Positions 23,745 to 36,797 of a stretch of 64,000 bases of DNA are shown piece by piece (within the stretch, counting starts at the first letter, position 1; every line of letters begins with the position of its first letter). A program made the translations under genes and the position numbers. Source of the stretch: Atractiella rhizophila (taxonomy: Eukaryota); assembly GCA_021432655.1 (NCBI GenBank), contig MU271373.1, positions 1-64,000 on the forward strand. Reading direction: 5' to 3'. A model generated the notes under the pieces. The model had not been told where the DNA came from. It searched no databases and saw nothing but the letters and a program-made list of their open reading frames with translations.

Positions 23745-25575
23745 TGACGATTTGATGGAGATAGCAACCCAGAAGACAATGGCGATTGGATTTGACCCGG
23801 ATGTCGATTCCCATTCGCACAGACGGAGAAGGAGCAGCTCGAGACCTATTTGATCGTTGGGTCGGTCAAAGCGTTAGCTGGAGTTGTCAAGACTCCCATG
23901 CATGGTCAATTCCCGAAACGGGCTGCTGACGCGTGCAGCTTACCCGTTTAATTTCCCTTTTCAGATTGGGTTTAATTCTGGATGCCTTTTCTCATTCTTT
24001 CCTCTTCCTTTCCTTTATGATATACCAGCAAAACAACATCGATCCTCATACATTTTTGTCGTCTCTTACTATTCTACTTTTGGTTCGTGATGGACGTTCA
24101 AATGATACGATGATGGCCCTCTTCTTTCCCTTCGTGATATGTTATTCTTTCGAAACAATTTCTTCGTTCTTGGGTCCCCTTCCCACAAGTTCGAACCCTC
24201 CATATCGTATCCCTTTCTCTGGCCAAATTAGTCTTTTATGATCAAGTTTATGCAAAAAGGCACATAAACCTTCGAAATATTTAGTCTCTGCATGACGTGA
24301 GATTGATAATCGATTTGTTCTTCATATCTTTACTTCACACATGCTAAATAACTGGGCCTAGTCCAAATGCCTCTAAACATTTCTTTGTCCTCAACCCAAC
24401 ACATAGCAATACTTGCTGCCACTCAAACTTTCAGTTATTCTCCCTCTCCCACGTCATGATCTGTTTTATATTCCACGTTCCTTTCCATATATTGAAGCCA
24501 CTTCATTTCATTTTGCGGCGCCTTTTTGCTTTGCATGTCATTTCAGCAGGGTTTTATTTGGCTCCTTGCCTTCTCTTGATGAAATCCTAATCCATTCTGT
24601 CTGTAGCAATCAAAACTATGTCCCATACCTCCTCCTCCGAGTCAATGTCCTTACTGTGTCGTGCTCGAAGGGTAAACAGTTTCAGCAGATAGTATATAGT
24701 ATGATCTGTTGACAACGTTGTTTCGGCATTGCAGACAACAGCAGCAATTCCTTCCAACCAGCCTTCATCCATTCATTGTTCAATCCCACACCTGGGCGGA
24801 GAGAAAGGACGATGATGCGCAGACAGGTCAGTTGAACTGTGGGACTTGGGGGAGTGCGAAGATGATATGTGTGTCGATGTACAGAAAAGCATAAAATCTG
24901 AGATGATATTTCTTCAAGAGAACAGGTAACAAATCTTTGATATTGGTTCTGCATGAATTGAGAGAACATTGAACAAATGCTAGATGGCGTTCTGTATGAA
25001 TAGGGGAGCAACGATCTATGAAACCTAAGACGGTGTGCATGTACGAATAAAGAGAACAAACTCATCTGGGAGAAACCACAAGAACTGAGAGCACAGAAGA
25101 GGACACTACTGATTGAAGTTGTGATCAGCGTGTCGCGGAGAGTTGTACTTTGCGTTATTGAGTGAAGCCATTGAAAAGAAACAGAACAATGATTTTGGCG
25201 CTGACAAACGGGACGACGTAACCTGAAAAGGGAAAGCAAAACGCAGAGGCAAAAATAGCAAGAGCAAAATCCAAAGCAAAGCAAAACCAACGCAAACAGA
25301 ATGCAAACGCAGCCCCCATCTTAAATGCAAATGCAAATGTTAAAAGAAAAACAAACGAGCAGTGGTGCACCAGAGGTCCGACGTTGAATATTGAGAGATA
25401 TTGAAGATTGAACCGCTGATGTGCGGTCCATTTGAGCGGAATGATGTATGATTGCCAGGCGCTACGATAATGTTGGACAGCCTTGAATGAAAATATGACG
25501 TTGGATGGACTAATTGTGTTTCGTTTCTTGTTCGTTTCTAGTCGATTTTGGAAGACGTGGTCGGTCAATCGTGTT

Positions 25576-26612
25576 TCAGCCGACGAGGGTAAAGGCCCTT
25601 AGTAGCCTTCTTTGCCATGTCCTCGTCCCTTCACGATCGCTTGCGACCTGCTGTCGGCACGTCGGAAGTTCCGAACAAGGCTTTCCTCTCTCCCTTGCTC
25701 TTCCCCTTTTGCCAAAGGTAATTGCCATCGCCAATATGAGCCAAACACTAATGATAATCGGTAAGAAGCACAATACCCATTTCTTTCCTTCCAAGTGCTC
25801 CATGGTGTAACCAAAGGCAATGATGAGATGAAAACCCCAGAATAGAAGCCAAGGAACGAGGGTCTCTGCAGCTTCTCGAAGACTGCATGGGTGGCGAGCT
25901 AACATGAAGGGGTCGTCAGCCGAAACCCTGAGAGCAAAAAAAGCAGCGGAGGGACATACAGGCGTGATGGCGTGAGACGATGTCGACGAATGCCACGCCG
26001 CAGATGAGGAGCAGGAAACCGATCCAAAGCAAGAGGACCTTTCGCAGATCTTGTGCCTTTCCCAAAGCGAGAAACATCCCAACTACTGTCGCAAGGACAG
26101 GAAGGTACTCCGGAGGCTTCACCTGCTGATTTTCACTTTGCATCGGTGTATGGTGTGCTTCACCCGGATTGGACGTCGATTGTTTGTCGAAATGTGTGGC
26201 CTGGGGATGCATAAGCTCGAAACACGTTAGGTAGAGAGAGCTCACCTCAAGGGTTGAAAATCTTGTTTTGACAGTTGATCCTTTGGCCATGGGGGAAGGA
26301 TTGATAATACTAGCAACAGAACTGCAATTACTTCTGCAGCAGTGCATGAGTTCCCACGCTCAAGTGACAGAGATCAAGAACCTATGAGCTATGGTGTCTC
26401 CATCTCCATCTATAACAAAGACAGTCAGTCTCAGCCTGCAGTGCCCTTAGGGAAAACCCACCGAGGGGAAGATCGCAAAACGATGTGCCATCGACTTCGG
26501 CTGCAGCTCTGAGATGAGCTCTTATCAGCCATCCATTCCTTGTGAGGCTGATCACCCACCTTTGATCGCTCCTCGCTGAACCACTTCGAACTGTCAAAAT
26601 TTCTTGTTCCAT
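25576..26612 (-). CDS. Hypothetical small multi-pass membrane protein; multi-exon
   Basis: Successive minus-strand ORF segments with hydrophobic stretches (VLATVVGMFLALG, LLLWIGFLLLICG, LLFWGFHLIIAFG, LCFLPIIISVWLILAM) are separated by intron-like GT..AG pieces. No family recognised. Confidence 0.4.
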
Positions 26613-28325
26613 CTAGACGAGTGATCGAGTTCGAGTCGTAAATCGTGAAGAGAACAACAAATTTAAGAAGTAAAGAATAAGGAAGATCTATCAGTTAGGG
26701 AAAAGAGAACAAAAACTGAGGGCGAGGAGCTGACGAAGCTACTAGGTACTTGGTTTTATTAAAATGGAAGAGGATAGAGTCATGGAACGATTATTAATAA
26801 CCGTGGCATTTTCGAGACTTTGAGAACCCGAACCCAAACAAACAAACACGAAGCCAACACAGATTTCGATAGACTTCGAATAAACCGTACCTACAGAACA
26901 ACCCTGACACGGCCGTTGATGGGTTGACGTCAGCCTTTGCCCTATAGAACTAATTTACCTGATTTCGCCTATTCCAATCGGTGCTGTTTTCATGGCGTCG
27001 ATACTTTATTTTGACGCACCTTCAGGAGAAGAGGGATCGGTCGTTGCAGCGAACGGATGGAGTGAAATGCATGCCCACGATATGCATCAAAGGTTCAGGG
27101 CACACCAGCCATTGTTCGTCTTGGTTTGTTAGCTCGGAATTTAGAGCAGGGCAACGAGAAGGTAACTGATTAGTTTGTTGTAACTGAAAATAACTTCAGG
27201 ACGAAGAGATATGTATTTCAAGTTCGAATCAGACTTACAAGCCATAAAAAACTATGCTTACACGGGTTGCTTAGAAGAGCAAGAGATGATGCAACTTCCC
27301 TTTCGTCTGGCGACCAACCTTTTAAGCAATCAGAACGTGACATAACTCTGGCTGCTGAGCTTACACAACTTTCAGTGAATAAGGAGGACGTAAAGGCACC
27401 AAAGAGATGGACAAAGCAAGCTACCGCGCCAACATATTTTGAGTGGAACAACGAAATGTCCACTTCATAACGTATTCGATCGATATCTACACTTCGTGTC
27501 CTGAATAGTGGATGGTTCACTGAATAGCTTTAACTTAATGGTTCAGGCTCTGCTGCTTAGCTCAGGTATCTCATCGAAGGCAGCTCGAACGAACTCCCGT
27601 CATCTCGCTCCGCAATGATCAAATTTGTTTTGCTCTGCTTCGGTGCGTGTTTTGTTTGGAATTACTATCACGTGACTAGAAGACGCTGCAGCAGAAATAA
27701 CGGCTGCCGTCCTCCTTGTTGACACTTCAGATCTTCAGATGTTAAAGGCAAACAAGGGTGGAGAGGTGGCGCTGCGTATAGATAACGACGCACAGGATGA
27801 TGTTAAGTAAACCAATTCTACAAAATCCATCCGACCAATCTCAACAGGCCACTCTCATATTGTGAGAGAGAGACTCCAAAGGCATTGATCCTTGAAGATA
27901 TTCAAAGACTCTCTCATATGACCCTCCACCCCCCTTGCACAGGTCAACAAACGTCACAATCCCAACTGCTCCATCAATCATCATCCAATAGAAACCTACC
28001 TCATATGCATACACGTTCCTCCTCTGCCTTTGATAAACACACTTTTCATTTCGCTCGACTCCCATCAAACCACCAATCCTGCCTTCGTCGTTTCCATCAC
28101 CAACAATGAAAGCCAAACAGCTTCTTGTTGATCTCCTCCGCAAAGATCCCTGAGTTTGGCTGGTCGTGTGCGTTCCCCACTCGAGAACAGCTTAGAGGCC
28201 CGCAATTCAATAACTTATAACCCTCTCTTCCCCTATTTATTCGTCCCCGAGCGCTCTGCACGTCCACCCTTCATCACAGTGGTGGTCGAAATTTGGCTGG
28301 TTGTTCCTCACTGCAAGAAGTCAAG

Positions 28326-31300
28326 ATGCTAGTATCTAAGGGTTGGGTGCGATGCCCTCGTGTTGGGAGCACCTCCCTGCGTCCAGCGAGTACGCTGCGG
28401 CCTTTCTACTGTTGCACGCTGACGTGGTGATGTGGAAAGCTTTTGCGACTCGAAAGACATTCTGCACCTCTCTCCGTCTACGAAACAACAGTGAATCTCC
28501 CGTCACAGATGGTCCGTATCTTTTTGAAATTCTGCCCTCAGGAGTGCTAAATCAAAGTGGAATGATGCACAGGCATCTCCTACTCCTCTCTCACTGTCGG
28601 TGCACCTCGCGAGATCTACCCAAACGAGCGTCGCGTCTCTCTCACACCGACCAACGTCCGGCAACTGTTGAAGAAAGGCTTCAAAGAGGTCCTGATCGAA
28701 AAGAGCGCTGGCGCTTCTTCCTCGTTCCCGGACTCCCAATACCTCGAAGCGGGTGCTCGCCTCGTTTCGAACTCAGAAGTATTTGGAGGATCAGATGTGT
28801 TGTTGAAGGTCCGGCCACCGATTGAGGAGCAGGGAGAAAGCGTAAAGTTGAAGGAAGGCGGTACATTGATATCTTTCCTTTACCCAACCCAAAATAAATG
28901 GCTGCTCGAGGACATGAAGAAGAGGAATGTTACAAGTTTTGCTATGGATCAGATACCTAGAATTAGTAGAGCGCAGGTCTTCGATGCTTTGTCGTAAGTC
29001 TCCATTCTCATGCACGCACTGAGCTCAATGACCGAGGGAGCCGCGCAGGTCGATGGCCAATATTGCAGGTTACAAAGCCGTCTTAGAAGCATCAAATCTC
29101 TTCGGTCGTTACCTTACGGGACAAGTGACAGCAGTACGTTTCCTCTTTCTGCTCCCCTCCATTGCTATCGTGAAGGCTCACATGAATATGATTCAGGCAG
29201 GCAAGATCCCCCCATCTAAAACCCTCGTCATCGGTGCTGGAGTCGCTGGACTCTCCGCAATCGCGACTGCACGCCGGATGGGCTCGATTGTTCGTGGCTT
29301 CGATACGAGAGAGGCGGTGAAAGAGCAGATTCAGAGTCTGGGAGCCGAGTTCTTGACTGTTGATATTCAAGAGGAGGGCAGCGGCACTGGCGGTTCGTCA
29401 TCTCTCTACCTCTGTCCGCTCTGGCTATGTGGGAGGCCTGATGCTTTGTGCCGGATGTTTGGAATCTAGGATATGCGAAGGAGATGTCGAAGGAATTTAT
29501 TGACGCTGAGATGAAGTTGTTCATGGAACAGGCGATGGAAGTAGACATCATAATTACAACCGTGAGTTGTCCTTCCTCCCTTAGGATGAATCTGTAGTGA
29601 TGTTCTGCTCTGTAGGCGCTTATTCCTGGTAAACCGGCTCCAAGGCTTATCACAGCGGAAATGGTCGAAGCTATGAAACCTGGTTCTGTGGTATGTCTAC
29701 TTGTCTGCCAACTCGCAAAGTACGTGAGCCATCAAACAGATTGTGGACCTCGCTGCGGAAGCGGGAGGGAATTGTGAACTTACAAAGCCTGGGGAATTGT
29801 ATGAGCACCGTAATGGAGTGAAGATCGTCGGATACACGGTACTGATTCTAGTCAAGCCCTAAAGAAGGACCACCTAACAGTTTGCACACAGGACCTTCCT
29901 TCCCGTCTTCCCACCCAATCCTCAACTCTCTACTCGAACAACATCACCAAGTTCCTCCTTTCCATCGGGAATGGCAGCAGCTACTCCATCGATTTGAAAG
30001 ATGAAGTAATCAGAAGATCCATCATTACGCATCAATCTTCGATTTTGTGGCCAGCTCCCATTCCACCTCCTCCGCCAGTAGCGGCAACAGCTGCTCCGAA
30101 GGTAACAGCGGTAGCGAAAGAGGAACCAAAGCCTATCACCCCACTGATGCTTTGTGCCGGATGTTTGGAATCTAGGATATGCGAAGGAGATGTCGAAGGA
30201 ATTTATTGACGCTGAGATGAAGTTGTTCATGGAACAGGCGATGGAAGTAGACATCATAATTACAACCGTGAGTTGTCCTTCCTCCCTTAGGATGAATCTG
30301 TAGTGATGTTCTGCTCTGTAGGCGCTTATTCCTGGTAAACCGGCTCCAAGGCTTATCACAGCGGAAATGGTTGAGGCTATGAAACCTGGTTCTGTGGTAT
30401 GTCTACTCGTCTGCCAACTCGCAAAGTACCTGAGCCATCAAACAGATTGTGGACCTCGCTGCGGAAGCGGGAGGGAATTGTGAACTTACAAAGCCTGGGG
30501 AATTGTACGAGCACCACAATGGAGTGAAGATAGTCGGATACACGGTACTGATCTAGTCAAGCCCTAAAGAAGGACCACCTAACAGTTTGCACACAGGACC
30601 TTCCTTCCCGTCTTCCCACCCAATCCTCAACTCTATACTCGAACAACATCACCAAGTTCCTCCTTTCCATCGGGAATGGCAGCAACTACTCCATCGATCT
30701 GAAAGATGAAGTAATCAGAAGATCCATCATTACGCATCAATCTTCCATTCTGTGGCCAGCTCCCATTCCACCTCCTCCGCCAGTAGCGGCAACAGCTGCT
30801 CCGAAAGTAACAGCGGTAGCGAAAGAGGAACCAAAGCCTATCACCCCATTCCGAAAAGTGGCGACGGACGTGGGATTCGTCACTGCTGCTTCTACCGCTG
30901 TACTGGCGCTCGGAAAGGCCACAACGGCTTCCTTCATGGATATGTTTACGTTTTTTGGACTAGCGAGCTTGGTCGGTTATAAAGCTGTGTGGAGTGTTAC
31001 CCCAGCGCTCCATAGCCCTCTCATGAGTGTGACGAATGCCATCTCGGGATTGGTTGGTGTAGGAGGAATGCTGCTGATGGGAGGCGGCATTGTGCCTCAA
31101 ACTCTTCCTCAGGCTTTTGCAGCTGCCTCTGTCTTTATGGCCAACGTGAACATTTTCGGTAAGTCGTCGCCGAAGTCAGGTTTGAGAAATTCTGACGCTG
31201 TCGATTGCAGGTGGTTTTGGTGAGTTCTCATGCTGTTGATGAGCTCAAGAACTTATGGGCAACCCCAAAGTCGTCACAAAACGAATGCTGGATATGTTTC

Positions 31301-33239
31301 GTCGACCTGGTTCGTTCATCATTCCCATTCAAATTACTCACCACTCACCTGCACGACAGGTGATCCACCGGACTACCAGTACCTCTACCTCATTCCTGCC
31401 TTGGCTTTCGGCGGTGGCTACCTCTATGCAGCTGCCAGCGGGCTCGCTGGTCTTGTGCAGGCCGGATATGCAGTCTCTTCCTTCTTGAGCATTGCTGCTC
31501 TCAGCGGCCTCTCTTCTCAAGTCACCGCAAGAATGGGAAACGCACTTGGAGCTATCGGTGTCGGCGCTGGAATCTTGACCACTCTCTCCGTCGTCGGGTT
31601 CTCACCTGAGGTTATGGCTCAGTTTGGGCTGGTTACAGGTAAGGGCTGTCGATCACTGCTGAATCGTAGGTCTAATCCCTTTTGAAAGGTCTGGGTGCTC
31701 TGCTGGGTACGCTCATTGGCGGCCGTATCAGTGCCATGCAGCTTCCCCAGACTGTGGCTGCACTCCACTCCGTTGTCGGGCTGGCGGCAGTCCTCACCTC
31801 CATCGCCAGCGTCCTCTCGGAGCCCGCTTCCCATCTCACCATGCTGCACATGACGACGGCTTACTTAGGCGTCCTCATCGGAGGTATCACTTTCACTGGA
31901 TCAGTAGTAGCTTTCTTGAAACTCGCCGGTAAACTATCTTCCAAGCCCACCATCCTCCCCGGTCGTCATCTTATCAATTCAACTCTACTGGGCACCAATA
32001 TTGCAACCATGGGTGCTTTCCTGACGATGGCTCCTGGCTCCTTAAGCATCGCTGCAACTTGTCTCGCTGGAAACACCATCCTCTCTTTCCTCAAGGGATG
32101 GACAACCACCTCTGCAATCGGTGGCGCTGATATGCCAGTTGTCAGTCCTCCCCTCCAGTTAGGTTTATTGTGAAGGAACTGATCGGCGTCAGGTTATCAC
32201 GGTTCTCAATGCTTACTCTGGTTTCGCTTTGATTGCGGAGGGATTCATGCTCGAGGTCAGCCTGCAAGGTGCACTCCTCCACAAAAGCTCACGTTTCTCT
32301 TGCAGAACACCTTGCTTACAACTGTTGGAAGCTTGATCGCCGCTAGTGGATCAATTCTTTCCTACATCATGGTGAGATGAGCTCCTGAACATAGGGATCG
32401 TCCATAAGCTTACGTTCCTTAGTGCCGAGCCATGAACCGGTCCCTGACTAATGTCCTTTTTGGAGGCATCGCTCCAACAGCGACAACTGATCGGGAAATG
32501 AAAGGTGTGATTACGAAGACGAGTGTGGAAGAAGTCGTGGAGATGCTTGGAAATGCAGAGAATGTCAGCAAATTCTGTTCTATCTGTATGAGCAAAACTG
32601 ACACCTGTCCAGGTCATTATTGTGCCTGGTTATGGCATGGCCGTGTCCAAAGCACAGTTCGCGATCAAGGAGATGTTAGACGCTTTGAAATCTAGAGGCG
32701 TGGCCAATGTGCGATTCGCGGTTCATCCCGTCGCTGGCAGAATGCCTGGTCAATGCAACGTGTTGTTGGCGGAGGCTGGAGTGCCGTACGATGTGGTGTT
32801 AGAGATGGATGAGGTGATTAGTCCTCTCTATACTTGACGCAGGACTTACACCCCTTGATAGATCAACGAGGATTTCCCTGAAACCGACGTTGTCATCGTC
32901 ATCGGAGCCAATGATACAGTCAACCCCATCGCTTTAGAAGAAGGCAGCTCCATCGCCGGTATGTCTTGAGTTTGGGATGATGGTAGTTACTCACGCTCCT
33001 ATGACTAGGAATGCCCATCATCAATGCATATAAAGCTAAAAACGTCATCGTAATGAAGCGAGGAATGGCAGCAGGCTACGCAGGTGAGTGCACATTCCCT
33101 TGTCTTTGCGGCGTCTGATCAACCTGCAACAGATGTCCCCAATCCTTTATTCTATCAACCTAACTGCAAGATGCTCTTCGGAGACGCGAAACCAAGTTGC
33201 GAGGCAATTGTCCAAGGTTTGAAGGAACCAGGGAAGTGA
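28326..33239 (+). CDS. NNT: Mitochondrial proton-translocating NAD(P) transhydrogenase (fused alpha-beta); multi-exon; contains an internal tandem duplication
   Basis: [89 protein letters not shown] and MLFGDAK. Arg/Ser-rich N-terminus resembles a transit peptide. Confidence 0.95.
29438..30848 (+). repeat. Direct tandem duplication: 29438-30143 (706 nt) and 30144-30848 (705 nt)
   Basis: Both copies start CTGATGCTTTGTGCCGGATG and end AAGCCTATCACCCCA. About 15 differences counted by eye, including one 1-nt intronic indel. Confidence 0.97.
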
Positions 33240-33425
33240 GGCCTGCTGCAACGGGTTCAGATGTTAGTCAGAATTGATGTTTTTTCAGTTGCATGTAAAT
33301 TAGCTACAATGCTGGAGGTGATGTACAAGGTCAAGATGGCATGTATGATTATGACAAGGAAGAAATTGCGAGAGCTGCAACTGAAACGACCATGGAAGGT
33401 ATTGATCAATGCGAAGACATGAATA

Positions 33426-36400
33426 TCAAAGTGAATCGTGGAGTAAGCAATGGCTACTTTCCTGCTCAAGACAGCGAATGTTTCTGGACTCCAACTGTGG
33501 TAATGCTGCCGTCCACACCTCTGACGAAGTAGGCGTGATGACGCCTCGCCCAGTGATCCTCCCTTGTAGAATTAATAAAGCACCCAGTGCCGCCGTCTCT
33601 CCCACCGTTTTTGCCATCGCCGGGGCCGCTTCGTCTCCGTACGCAACAAGGGTTGATGTAAGAGAGGAGCGTTTGCCTTGTCGATCTTTGACTCCGACTT
33701 CGTGGTGCAAGAAGCAAAGATCACGCTCTCCTGGTTGGTACTTGAGTGCTTGCTGCATGAGCAGAGCAGTTGTGTCCAGCGGTTGTTGGTTGTGAACGTA
33801 TTGGAGATTGGAGTGTGACACAAGCCTGCGATTCCTGTCAGATGGGTTTCTGGCAGGTCAAGAATGAGCCATACCAATCAAAAGCAGCCTCAACTTCATC
33901 AGCCAACGCCTCGTCTCCTTCTACCCTTTCCATTAACACCTGTCGTGCCTGTTTTGAATCCGACACCCCCAGACAAGCAGCAAAGAAGTCCTTCCAGCCA
34001 CTACTCGACCGCTGGAGGGCAACTTGGTTGAGCAGCCCAGCTGATTGAAAGCCTCGTAACAGCCTCGAGAAGCCTCTGTATCGTAAAGTTCCTCGTAACA
34101 TCGTGGGAAGATTCGGCTGGAGTTGGTATGTATCGAGGTAGTGAAGTGAGTTTCGGTTCGGTAGACCCTCGAATGAGAATTGCGAGATGTTCATGTTTGG
34201 GAAAGCTGATTGTAGAAGCCGCGATCCGGGAACAGTAATGGCCTGACAACGCTTTTAGTCGACCTAATGGCTACATCGAGCAAGAGAAATGTACCTGCCC
34301 GCGAAGCCGGTACTTGGCCTCGTTGAAAGCAGCAAGTAGAGCGCTCTTAGGTGCCCACGAGAACTTGTAGCTGAAAGGGACATTAGAATGTTCCGGTGCT
34401 GGAAGCCCACCACAAAAGCTGATGAAGGATTCCAGCTCGAGGTCTCTCCGTTTCGCGTCTTCGAAAAGGCGCATAGCCGACATATCTGTCCAATCCAAGG
34501 ATGATGAGAATACAGCGATGGAATGTTAAATGATGCCATACGATCGATTCCAGGATCCAGGCCCATTTCAGTGAGGACAATACAGTCTTTCTCCTTAGCT
34601 CTATGCCCCACCGATCAGGTCAAGGGAAGTCACTTGACGAGTAAAAGGACGGTACCGTGCATCCATCTTTTGTACTTCTTCCCCCGTGTATGAGGCGCTC
34701 ACAAAGTGTTTACCTCGCTTCAAGCAGAGGTCCACAATCTTTGGATGCATCGGTGCTGGCAGTAGACTGTCTAACAATTAGCTCGCTCGGGACAGAGGTG
34801 AAAGCCATGCCTGATAACCACATCGCTCCCCTGCACGAGTTCGTCGACGGCATTTAAGTCCGTCACGTCCAAATAAGCGGGTTGAGCGCCCGTCAGATCT
34901 GCGACCATGTTTTCGGCTCCTTTTAAATCATTGCTGGCTACGGGTCCACGAGTGCTCAAGACAAAGGCTGGTTTTTGGAAAAATCAAGGACTGACCGACG
35001 ACCAATTTTGCGCCAGCCTCTACCACCAACTTGGCAGCCGGTTTAGCGACCAATCCCGAACCCAGTATGAGCACTCTATCCTTCCTCTGGTTCACGTGCG
35101 CCGTGACCTTCCTCCCCAACTCTCCCTTCCGATCGTGCCTCTCTCCAATCCTTCCACCCCTAACCAACGTCGCTCTCTCCAACGCTTCTCTCAAGTCATC
35201 CCTCGGCTTCTTTCGTATCAAAGCGTCGATGTAGGGTGTGACCTTGTCGGAGAAAAAGGTGGAAGAATCCTTAGGAAGCTCGGTAGGGAGAATCTCGATG
35301 CTGAACACCTGCGTCGCGCTCGGCGTCGGAACACCAGTCTCCACACCTCGATCGTAGTAGTACACAGGTTTGTCGATCGTCGTTGCTCGACGTACGACCT
35401 CGATCCCTCCGTTGAAGTCGCACGAGACGTCGATGATGCTTAACAGCCCACGAGCGCCGCGTCGCGTAGCTTGGAGCGTTTGTAGGTCTCCTTCACTAAG
35501 GACACGGGGAAAGCGAGGGGCCCAGAATGAGCCATTGAGGAGGACGGTGGTGTATGGAGCGACCTAATCCATAAAACATCAGACCTCCTTTATTCCACAG
35601 AATAGCATTGGCACATACCTCTTCGGCGAACAAAGAATGATACCTCTCCGGATGTTCATTGTACTCCTCTCGGGAGAACTTACCCTCTCCGTTCCTCAAA
35701 TACTCCTCCAACTCCAGCTGACAAGCGTATATCTTGTCCCCTTTGAGTCTTCCCAAGTCCCCCTTCCGCACCCAAGTCACTCCAAGCTCGTCAAGCATCG
35801 CTTTTGCACCTTGCGAGACGCGACCACGTCCGAGGACGGTGATGACGAAGGGTCGGAGCGATGGAGGGATGGAGAGCGGACGTAGAGAGCGGAGGTGGGC
35901 TGTTAGGCTTGAGAGGGTGGGGTAGGAGTAAGGACGAGGGAGATGCTGTTTTTGGTTTTGGCTCGTCGTCAGATACAGATACGTGTAATGATGGGGACAG
36001 AGGAAAAGGACTGACGAGGAAGGGAGTTTGAATGCCTAGTCCTAGGAGTGCCATTTCACCAAAGTTCGAAAGCCCGTCAATTGCTCCTGCACGCCATCGC
36101 ATCACGTCAATCCTATTGGTCTTCAGGTCTGTGAAAGAACAAAGACAGACCAACAGCACCAGCATACCATCTGAACACATCACATAAGCATTAACAAAGC
36201 TCAAGAGAGATTGAGGTGATGGCTTACCCAAATGCCGTTGTCCTCTGCCCTTTCTCGTCTGTTAGGAGCTCCCAATCTATATACCTCGAGCCGGTTTTGA
36301 TCACTGTATACAACACAAATCATCAATTTGAGAAACAGAGAGGCGGGAGTAGAAACGGACTGGTGTCCAACAGCCCGAGATTGTAGTCCTGCCCTTTATG

Positions 36401-36797
36401 GGTATGGCTGAAGAAAGCATAGGTCTTTCCGCTCCTCAACGCTTCCCTCGGAATTTCCTTCACTCCAAGTATAATATTTGCCTTATCGAGGTCTTCCTCG
36501 ATCGTCGCTCCAGCCTACACATCAAGCACATCGCATCAGTCAACGATTCTAATCAACAATAAAACGACATACCTCCTCATACTCCTTTTCGGTATAGCAA
36601 CGCTTCGCAGAAGGTTGTACGAGCACCTGAAGATCGTCATGCTCGTCCAACAACTTCTTCACGTCTTTGGGTACTAACGGGACACGTCTCTCCCACACCC
36701 TGTCCCTGTGCTCAGCTACTATGCCGAGCGTGACGGTACGAGCTGGGGAGAAGGCGCTGAAGCGACGGTATTGGAGGTTTCGTAGTCGGAGCAGCAT
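33426..36797 (-). CDS. AASS: Bifunctional lysine-ketoglutarate reductase / saccharopine dehydrogenase (alpha-aminoadipic semialdehyde synthase); multi-exon
   Basis: LKR part: [61 protein letters not shown] part: [64 protein letters not shown]-terminus [16 protein letters not shown] resembles a mitochondrial presequence. Confidence 0.92.

Noticed and set aside
28107..28152. MKAKQLLVDLLRKDP, reminiscent of a kinase C-lobe fragment
   Set aside because: Only 15 codons, with no other kinase motifs nearby.
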